Shown one piece after another: positions 54,146 through 64,000 of a stretch of 64,000 nucleotides of DNA; the stretch's first letter is position 1; every line of letters begins with the position of its first letter. Both the position numbers and the translations under genes were made by a program. A model generated the notes under the pieces. The model was not told the DNA's origin. It saw only the letters and a program-made list of their open reading frames with translations, and ran no database searches. The DNA is taken from positions 19,282,001 to 19,346,000 of the forward strand of contig JBHGNT010000004.1 in NCBI GenBank assembly GCA_043228905.1, read 5' to 3'. Origin of the DNA: Azolla caroliniana (lineage: Eukaryota; Plantae; Polypodiophyta).

Positions 54146-55942
54146 GGCTAGATATTGAAATTTCGAAAACCAAAACCGGTAATTTTTTGTTTACACAAAG
54201 CTCAAGTCTATCACTTGGAAAGACACTCTGACTCAAACATATGCATTTTCCCCTCGTCGATAAGGAACTCTAGATAAGGTTGGATGGTTTATTATATTCA
54301 AATGGTTTGATATATTACATTGCTCAAAGTTCCAATGCACATCAATAAATATTATCCTGGGAGTTTTTGGCATTATAGGGACCATCCATCATCAAATGAC
54401 ACCATCTAAATAAACAACAAAATGTTTTCTAATTAAGTTCTTTAGATCCCATCAACCGTTACCATATAAAAACTAGTTTCTTTAAAATGATGTCTTTCCT
54501 AATTTATGCACCCACATGCATTTATGTCCTTGCATAATTTGTTATTCGAGCCCCATCAATCGGGCCATAAATCTAATCACACCCTCACAACTAGTATTGT
54601 TGGAAGAAGCAACACAACTAATGGCCTCAATTGCGTGGGACCCATTGCCAACTACAAGCTTCCCTCGTAAACAATCCCTTTGCAAGGTACCGACTCCCCT
54701 TGTAAACAATCCCAATGCAAGGTACTAACTTCACTCATAAACGGTACCACTTTCTCTACAATCTATACACACTCATTAGAGTCCATCATTCACAACGTGG
54801 TGGTCCTCATTATTACATTTCTTAGTGCTTGCCTCTTGTCATGAAAGCCGACAACTCATGGAGCCCCCTACCACCTTAGGGATTGCCAAACTGCAATCAT
54901 CAGACTCCTTAGCCTTTAGGAATTCAAACCTTGGGTTTGTCATTATAACAACTTATGTAAGCTAACTTCCACCATCTTTAGACAAAAATAGGATGTTCTT
55001 GTCGAATTTCTAGGTCACATCATTCACTTCTTTTGTATGGTTGAAACTTAATACTGTAATTTGCTCCTTTCTCCTAGATATAAACTACAAGCATTTATTT
55101 TAGTTATTCAAGGTTATTACTATCACACTTACAACTTGTAAATTTGCACTTGTTTTGTTAATGACATTTAAATAAGTATCTTGGAGTACTAACTCAATTA
55201 ACATTTCCAAGCATTTGGAGCCCACAAAATAATAACCTCAAGCTACACTTTCTTAAGATGTTAAGCTGCCGTAGTTTTTCTTCTCCTTACCTTCCTAGCC
55301 TCCTCTAGGTACTCGGCTCATTGCTTATTGTTATAGGTTCATCTTCTCTTTACTCTTGTAATTTTAATGTACTTACCCTCGTAAAGTATGCTAGAATAGA
55401 CAATGGGGTGGTGGTGTTGGTGTATGCGAAGGGAATGAAGTTATTTCAAAAGCATTGAAAAAAACATATATTTAATGAATACAAATAAACTAAATACAAT
55501 TCAACTCATTAGTAGAACAACTTTTTCTCCAAGGCATCATATACTTTAATGAATACAACTAGATTAAATGGCGTGTAGTCTACACGAAGATACTATAAAA
55601 TCTACTCAATTGCATTGCAATTGCATACCAATTGGTGTTAAGTCTAGGTAGAGTGGGAGTTTATTGAGAGTAGTATGAAAAAAAAAATAGAGGTTTCCAG
55701 AGACACCTCCATACATCAAGTATGTACATATTGGCACGATGTAGACAATGCAATCAACTTAGAGAAAACAAAATAATAGTCATGATATTTATACAGAAAT
55801 GGGGAAGTAACGACATACATCTAGTAAATTTAGTTAGTGGACACATCGTCAAGGATGTCTTAAATCTAGGTCATGGTTTTTTTTATTACAAAAATATCAA
55901 TATAGGACACATTTGTCATTATCCTATTATCTCTTGTGATAC

Positions 55943-56132
55943 CCTTGTCAACACATTAACATTCTTCGAATTTTCATATGCCTATTACATAGACTTATGT
56001 CTCATCCTCCTAGTTGCCGACTACCTTGTGTTGTCTTATCAACTTCCTCTATATTCTTGTCAACACACTGACATTCTTCGAATTTTCACATGCCTATTGC
56101 ATAGACTTATTTCTCATCCTCCTAGTTGCCGA
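55943..56132. repeat. Direct duplication of ~77 bp
   Basis: CTTGTCAACACA/CT.ACATTCTTCGAATTTTCA...CTCATCCTCCTAGTTGCCGA occurs twice. Confidence 0.8.
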
Positions 56133-56140
56133 AAACCATT

Positions 56141-56203
56141 ACAAACAAAAACCATTACCATTACCACATAGGCTTCGGTACAATGGTAATGGTTTTTGTT
56201 TGT
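56141..56203. repeat. Perfect 22-bp inverted repeat with a 19-nt spacer
   Basis: ACAAACAAAAACCATTACCATT ... AATGGTAATGGTTTTTGTTTGT. Confidence 0.9.
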
Positions 56204-56289
56204 TTGAGCAAAAAGTTGGAGTTGAAAATATTGTAGAATATCATATACTATTATGAAAATCCCAAGGTCTGTCCTTTTGTAGAATTCGA

Positions 56290-56410
56290 TAATTATACGA
56301 CATATCCAACACTTGTATTCGACAGGCTTTTGAGATATTGTTGGTATACCGTATTATTAAGGCATACTTTCTCATGTTGGTGGCGTGTGTAATCCTTCAC
56401 GTTTTTGTGA
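56290..56410 (+). pseudogene. Possible PIF/Harbinger transposase C-terminal remnant
   Basis: ISNTCIRQAFEILL...LMLVACVILHVF resembles the Harbinger R..IE.AFG.LK / ACC.LHNF motifs. Confidence 0.45.
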
Positions 56411-57299
56411 GTTGTGACATATATTTTGTCGGTTACAACTTCTACACATCAATTTCTTTCATAAGATTGATGTAGCTTTATGTTTACTTTCGAGAATGGA
56501 AAAGCAAGGCAATGATCCTTGCCATATGAGGAGCCAACACATTCTCTATTGAGAAATGGATTAGAAAGACAATAGGGTATCATTGCATGTGATCTCTTAA
56601 TATATTTAGTCTTCTTGCAATGTTAAGGGATAATATTGATAATATGCTACTAGCTTGTGGTCATAAGTGTTTCTGATTCTTTATGTGTTTGTATGTTTTG
56701 TTTCCATATATGGATTGGTAAAGACAAAAAGAGAGAGTACTAGGATATATTTGCATGTGATATTTCTTTTGCAAATGAAAGAAAAACATTGCTCTGCAAT
56801 GATTTCTTTCTTGTTTGATGAAATGACTTTCTTAATTTTCTCAACTCTTAATTGGACGATCTTGATTGCATAGGCACCAGAATTTCAATATATGTTACCT
56901 TCTTTCATCTTTTTTGTTTTGCTTATAAAAGTGAGAGAAATTGATTTGGCTTTCCATTGCGTGTAGATGTTCTCTTGTATTTGTTAAAGATACACATTGC
57001 ATTCTCAACTTTCAATTGCTTTCCTGTATGTATTTAACATATAGTGACGACAATTCTTGTATCTCTATCTGCTTGTATTTTTTGATTGGGTACACCGTAC
57101 ATGGATTGATAGAAAGGTCTCTTGCTTGTAAATTTGATAAGGGCATATCCATTACTAAGTTAGCATTTCATACTAATAGTCTACCCATAGAAGACGGGAC
57201 TAATCTATTAACTATAATAAAATGACACGATTATGAAGAAATTAATTCAGACTCAATGTTTGATTAAGAGAAATAAGCTTCTTCCACAAAATAGCAAGG

Positions 57300-57780
57300 G
57301 GGTTCAATTAAAGATAACCCTCGCCTTTTCTTTACAAAGGTAACGAACTAGAATTCATGCACTCGATCTACAACGTCACATTTAATGGTCTTTCAATACG
57401 AAGGTTCTACACAACATATCATTCAATGGCAAAAATGGTTATGCTTGAACATTTGAGTTGTCTTGATCGACTTGTAAAGCACCATATTTCCAACATTACA
57501 AGATCAATATATCGATTAGTTCAAGAGCTTTTCGATCCTACCTTTGCAATGATACAATATTTAATGTACCTTCACTTTTAGGTCTCATAGGCATAATTTA
57601 ATGTCTTCCATTCTTGTTTGTCATCACGCTCTCTATCTAGGTCATCATCAACCCAAAATTGGGACACCTATTTACAGTTACAAGCGTGCAACCATATATT
57701 TTCATCCATATGCCATTGAAAGTAAGAAGGATGACATTACTTGGTTTTAGAGGACCATAATAGACCCTCATCATCATCTA
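57300..57780 (+). mobile_element. Decayed RTE-like LINE 3' end with a (CAT)n tail
   Basis: Degenerate C-terminal coding trace, then ...ATAATAGACCCTCATCATCATC. Confidence 0.4.
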
Positions 57781-58583
57781 TCCTATCTTTGTCTCATTGC
57801 AACCTTACTTCATAGTGATCTATGAAATCTAGCTTTGCATTAGAATGCAGCAGCAACAAATGTATATATCAATATTTCGGAGAATTGAGATATTCTTTAA
57901 TAATGTAAGTCATTAAGTTGAGATTCAAATAAGTTTGTGTGAGGGGAGCACATCAATTATTGTGTATGCATATATTCTTGGCAAAGGTGCAACCTCAAAG
58001 ATGTGATTTATATTATGTTGTCCTAGTGAAATTGTAGAACTGCATAAGAACAAAACTTATATGATGTTAAAAAGGCTTGATCCAATAAAAGATGGCCCCT
58101 TTCTAATCCCTACAATACCCAAAATATATCAAAATATTTGTATTGATATAATCTGCCCATAATAAATTGCCAATAATGTGGTTATAGTATTCCTCATTAA
58201 ACATCCAACAATCAAACCCAACACAAGAAGATATGGACAGCTGAGTTAGGAAATGTTGAGATAGAAACTACTTGCTTGTGATAAGGTAACATTAATAGAT
58301 TTTTTCCAAGTTTGCCTGAAAATGGGACGTGCATTTTACTTGATACTTACATTACTATAGTTCAATCAATTTTGTTGCTTGCTCGGTTTAATGAAGCCCT
58401 CATTGATCTCTAATAGTTTGGCACCAAAAAAACTCTTGTGAAAGATTTACAATGTTCACAAATCAGGCAAATTTGATGAGTAAGTTGGGTTGCAATAGAA
58501 TCATCCCTATCAATCATGAATATATCATCACCAAAATCATTGTTGTCATCATTATCATCATCACATAACAATGCCTGTGTATA

Positions 58584-61449
58584 TTATTGAGAATCTTCAG
58601 ACTTATTCCCGTCAAGTTGCGCAATCTCGAGGAGAACCTTAAATAGTGCTTGTGGCCTAGAGAAGAAGGGAGAGTGGTCACTACCTTTGAGCTTAAACAC
58701 TCGATTTGGGGGGTTAAGATTCACTAAATTCTCTTGGACTGAGGAAGGCAATGCTCGATCCTCTGTTGTCGAGACATAAAAGCGTGGTATAGAACCGTAG
58801 TTCTCCAGGGTAAGTGAGATTCTTTCCATCACTGGAGCAAAAGGAATGGGCCTTATCGATACCATTGCAAGAGCAAAATCCTGTTAGTACCACTAAGCAT
58901 TTTAAAGTTTTGTTTCCCACACATTCACCGTGCATGTATATGAAGTTCACTTATTTAGGTCTTTTTACAATACTATGCGTATATACACCGTATACTTCAA
59001 ATTGGTTTTCTATATATGCCATGCATGTATATACCATTTTCACATACTGAATGTCTTCATTGCCATGCATATATACACTAAGTTCATGCATATCAATGCT
59101 TTTCGCACATGCCATGCATTATTGTTATTGTTATTGTCCCTTTTAAGTCAATCCATGCAACGACATACGCCATACAAAGAGAGTAAAGACCCAAGCATAT
59201 ATGTGCATAAAAAGGAAACCTTGGCAGGAGTTTGATTAAAGAACAAATCCTTTAGGTAATCTTTGTTTAGCACAATGGATGTAGGTGACTGAGAATCCTT
59301 GTCGGCATAATTGAGTACTTGGGCATTCGATAATAAATCGTCGGGTGTCACCTGAAATTTCATTAACATAACATTCACATGAATATAACCAATCAAAACA
59401 CTTAAGATTACTAGGACGCTAATCACATTCAGGTACAACCTGACCTGAAGAGAAAATGCATCAAAGGCTCTTTGCCCATTGGTAATCATAGTGGCACTTA
59501 TGAATATGGATTTTGCAATCTTTCTTGGAAACATCTCCATTGCATATGATATACAAACCCCTCCGATGTCATGACCCACCAATATAACCTACACAACAAA
59601 ACCATCCTTCCGTTATATGAATCCAAATGTGATGGAATATTTGGTCATAAATAAGAGAGCTAACAATTAAAACCTTCTTTGTTTCATTGAGATTCTTGAG
59701 CCAATCAATTAAGGGTTTTGTATAGATGTCAAGACCAAGTATTGAGTTAGGATCAGTAGAATCAATGCCGGAACCAGATAAATCGATTGCATCCGCAATG
59801 AACCCAGCTCCTTCAAGTGTAGCAATGAGCTTGTACCAACACCAAGCTCCAAATCCACCACCATGAATGAGCAAAAAGTGGTTTGTCTCAACGCTAAGAG
59901 AACCCTCCTGCGAGTAGAGGTATATATAAACACAGACACAAGGTGCAGAGACCATGAGTGGATGGATCTTGTACATCAAGTTAATATGAAATCAAAGAAA
60001 AACAACCTAAACTTTAAAAAACACAAGAAGTTTGAGAGTTTTCCAATGTACTGGAAAGGAGCGGATCTTCAGGCATGTTTCCCAAAAGTATGCAAGAAGG
60101 TTTAGAAATATTTCCCGATATCACATAACTTTCCAGGGTTTGAATGGTTAACCATACAGTCTCAAGGGGAATCAATTTATCGAGTTTATTCTACTTAATA
60201 TTCATGATGTAGATCATGGCTTCACGAGAGAGGGTTACAATCCCTTGTACATGGAACTTTAGGTCATGTGAGTTTGTCCTGTACCTGAGGTTTTGGAAGG
60301 CCAGGATATGATTTTTTTTTAGTATCACTTTTATTACTAGTGGGAAACCTCAAAGTGAGGTGAAACCCCAACAAGAAAAAAGAGAAGTATACAAGTGTTG
60401 ATTAGACACTAAAGGGCTTAGAAACACTTAAAGTAAAGAGTGTAAATTATGCAGTGTGATGTCTCTCAGTTGTAGACAATCAAACAGAGATTGCCTGAGG
60501 GATTGCTTAAAGAAGCTAACTTCATGCAGTTGGAAGCCCAGGCTATGATTTTGTTGAAGGAGTTCATGTCAAAGATGAATAATTCTCATTTGGAATGGGA
60601 CATCAGAAAGACCCACACTTTCTCTCATGTTTTTCTATGTCAGTGCATTCGACATTACGAGGTTCCGGTTCGAATTGATCTTAGTGCCAAAAAGAATATC
60701 CAAGACCTCTTATATTTATATGAAGGTAGACAAGAATAAAGAATGAATTAAGCTCACTGCTAATACAACCTCATAACATTAGATCTTAATCCACAGAGTG
60801 GCCAGAATCATGGTGGGAAACAAATGCTCAAACCTAATAATGTATAGATAACACAAAAGGAACCCAATAGTAAAGACATTTTGAACTACACTTAATCTAA
60901 GATATGCTGGAAACTTTTGCCATGTATTCTGAATCAAGAATTTGTTAAGAGGAAGTGTGCTAACCAAACCTTTAATGTGGAGATGAGTTCATGGGGTTGC
61001 AAGACAGGATCATCAGGATGGCGGACACGAACACTCGAGCTTCTCGCTACGGCATTATTAGTATTAATAGCATTTGCAGTAGTAGTGGAGGAGGAGGAAG
61101 AAGAAGAACCGTGTTGTTTTGGAGTCGTACTTCTTCGGGTCCGAACCGAAGTCGATCTTTCGAACCTAAGTTGCTGCTGAAGAAGAATCATAGCTAATGC
61201 TTGCTGTTGTTTCTGCACAAATCCTTCTTCTTCTCCTGCTTCTTCTTCTTCTTCTTCTTCATAACTTGCTTTCTTCATCCCATTAATTCCTCTTCGATTA
61301 CTACTTCTACCGATGCTACTACTGTGATTACTACTGCTTCTACTACAACGATTAATGCTAGACCTTAAGCTTAGAGCTTCCTTGAGTGAATCGCCCCTCT
61401 TCCTCCTCTCTCTCTCCAATGGCAAAACACAAGAAAAGCCATGACCCAT
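58584..61449 (-). CDS. Methylesterase (alpha/beta hydrolase, MES11/13/15-like with N-terminal extension), 428 aa; exons 61449-60970, 59907-59674, 59588-59445, 59351-59220, 58880-58584
   Basis: HFLLIHGGGFGAWCWYK, DLSGSG, VGHDIGG, EDRAL, GSDHSPFFSRP; GT-AG, phase-0 joins; N-terminus MGHGFSC. Confidence 0.94.
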
Positions 61450-61900
61450 GTTCTTCTTCTCGATTGCACAAAAAATCTGAAATGGTCTCTCCTTTTCTTC
61501 TTTTTTCTTTCCTCATCTTCTGCATATTCATCCCTGATAGGAAGGAATAAAGGTTTGAATGTACCACACAGCAGCAGCCACGCAGGAAATGCTCTTTCTT
61601 TCTAGGGTTTCTCAGTGGAGACAGAGAGAGACAGAGAGAATAATATACACAATTATATAATGGATTGATTTTAATTTAATCATTTGATCTGAGATCTCTG
61701 CGGCTTCTTTTTTCACATATAGTATTTAAATGGAATTTTTGGTTTGTTTAATTGAGGGGTAGGGTGTAAACATCAAGAGGGAGGGGGGGGGGGGGGGAAT
61801 ATTCTTTTTTCATGGATCTCCAAGAACCCATCATCATGAAAACACACATACACACATATATACATAGGGCTCTGTGTGTAATGAACAGAGCAGAAGAAAC

Positions 61901-62110
61901 AGAGCACCCACATGAGCTTCTTATTGCATTGAATCCCAAGCTTTCATTCAAAAATCTAAGATTCTTATAAGTTATACATATACATATATATGTATACATA
62001 TAATGTATATATGTACAAATGTATAGAGCACCCACATGAGCTTCTTATTGCATTGAATAACCAAGCTTTCATTCAAAAATCGAAGATTCTTATACATACA
62101 TATATGTATA
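61901..62110. repeat. ~125-bp tandem duplication upstream of the methylesterase gene
   Basis: AGAGCACCC.CATGAGCTTCTTATTGCATTGAAT..CAAGCTTTCATTCAAAAATC.AAGATTCTTATA occurs twice. Confidence 0.8.
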
Positions 62111-64000
62111 TATGTATAGAGACATCTTCTCATTGTTCTTTGCTCCTAACTCTTTTCACATATTCTTTCCAAATAATCCATTGATTTTATGCTATGTAAC
62201 ATGTAATGCACGATCGTATAAAACTTCTAATGGGCGCCCTAGCAATTAGAATTGATAAGACGGGAGCTGCAATGTAATTGCATTTGGTCAAGACTACATG
62301 TTTGGATGGTTGGGTGGGAAATCAATGCCGACATCTCTCTCAAATGTGAGCTTACACATCAAAGAAAAGGCCTTGCACGTTAGAAGACATTGGATATGAT
62401 GATATTCTTTGACAATGTTTGTTGCTATCCTTTTAGTAAACCTACAATCTTACTGATTAGTTGAAATCATAGATGTGTGTTATTAACATAAAAGGTTGGT
62501 ATCAAATTCTTCATAGACAAATAAAACAATCAAGTGATGTGGAGAGATATGAACAGCTCGCCTCAAGCCACAAATTCATCTTTTCTCAATGAGAAATTCA
62601 TCAAGAAGAGTGAGGTCTCCACACATTAAATCCTTTATTTGATTATAGCTTAACCAAAATATCTATTAGATCCTTAATTCTCTAGTATTCCTCTTGTTTC
62701 ACCTACCCTTGGAATCATCACCTCATACGACATTTCCGGAATTCAAACATTTGGAGTGTTACACAATCAAAAAACATTCATAGTAATGTCATTTTCATCT
62801 AAATAGTACCAATTGCATGGGTTTATGGAAAGCAAAGGATATAAAAAACTCTAGAACAATTCTAATTCTTTAAATTTGTAATAGTATTTCCACAACCTAG
62901 AAAGTCACTTTTTTTGCTTGCCCTTAAATTTTGATGATCTCCCTAGCTAAGGGGTTTATGAATTTGAAGGGTGTTGAGGAAGCTGATGATAATGTCTTTT
63001 GGTAACAACGTAGCAAAAGAAGATCATAAGAGAAGAGAGAAAGAGAATGACTGCCTCAACAAGGAGGGAGAACTCGAGGTCTGATACACAATTTCATTTA
63101 TGTGTATGTAGAAAGGTCATGCATTGTCATACCTAAGCATTCCCTCCCCCAACTAAAAGTGAAGTTTATAAAATCTTGCCATATGATTACACATAACTTC
63201 AAGTTATTTAACTCATTCTAATTTCTAGTGAATGCATTTCTTTATATTTTCTTTGAATAGGAATGATTCGATTTCCTTCTCACTTCCAAACTCTTATCCT
63301 ATTTGGTCTTTTAACTTTTGATTTCTTTCGTCTTAGTCAACCATAACACAAATTTATATTCATGGCAAGCCGGCAAAATTTACGCCTTTTTCATAGAGTG
63401 TCTCTTTCCTTTTTTTGTTTGGATAACAAATTTTTTAAAGTATGCTTTTTATTGCATGATAATGTGTAACTTACATCATTTGTTTATGTCGTCTTCTTCC
63501 CGAGCATCATGTGTCTCTTATGTCTTATTTTGCATAATATTCAATTACACAACCATATTAGGTAGACATTTAGAAAACCACTTTGTGACTAGCACAAGTT
63601 TCAAATTTGTTAACACAAGATTAAACCTTCCCTTGATATGGATATGTACAACCATTCAAGAATTGAAAGCTTCAAATTTTCTTGAATGGGATTGGTGACA
63701 ATGAATTTCAATTGGTATATATTATGGATATATTTTGGATCTATAATATGGATATATTTTGGAAGCTGGATTGATGAGAGTGCCTGATTAATACAAAGAG
63801 AAAATAATTGAATTTCAACATTGGTTGATGGTGCCATAAAATTTGAATGTAATTTGTGTCACTCATGGATATGCACATGTATTCGGTTGCATCTTGACAA
63901 TTGTGGTAAAGCATCATATACCTTTGTGATAATACAAAAACAAATGCCATCTCTCAACATAGGGTACACATTATGTACCATTGTTAGGTTGATCCCTTGA

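Overview
Eukaryotic plant nuclear DNA. The spliceosomal introns, the plant-type genes and the heavy (CT/GA)n load suggest a non-flowering land plant such as a fern, but that assignment is inference only. Bases 1-16.6 kb are a nest of LTR retrotransposons. A degenerate non-chromovirus Ty3/Gypsy element (minus strand, tRNA-Arg PBS, long extra ORF after integrase) sits inside an old Copia RT. It is itself split by a nearly intact Tork/Tnt1-like Copia (4620-10090, 5-bp TSD) and probably by another LTR ending at 523. The rest is gene-bearing: cytosolic RPS27 (+, 4 exons, with a Mutator MITE in intron 1), tRNA-Asn(GTT) (-), plastid ribosomal protein PSRP5 (-), a HAD-like hydrolase (-, 5 exons, apparent GC-AG first intron), an uncharacterised coiled-coil protein (+, 5 exons, about 850 aa) and a MES11/13-type methylesterase with Ser->Asp at the nucleophile (-, 5 exons). 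Intergenic DNA holds decayed L1-like and RTE-like LINEs, MITEs, local duplications and microsatellites. The most unusual items are a short element made of two convergent tRNA-like (A/B-box) halves that recurs inside (CT)n tracts, a 58-bp hAT-like micro-MITE just upstream of PSRP5, and the Gypsy extra ORF. No clearly new multi-gene system can be established from sequence alone.
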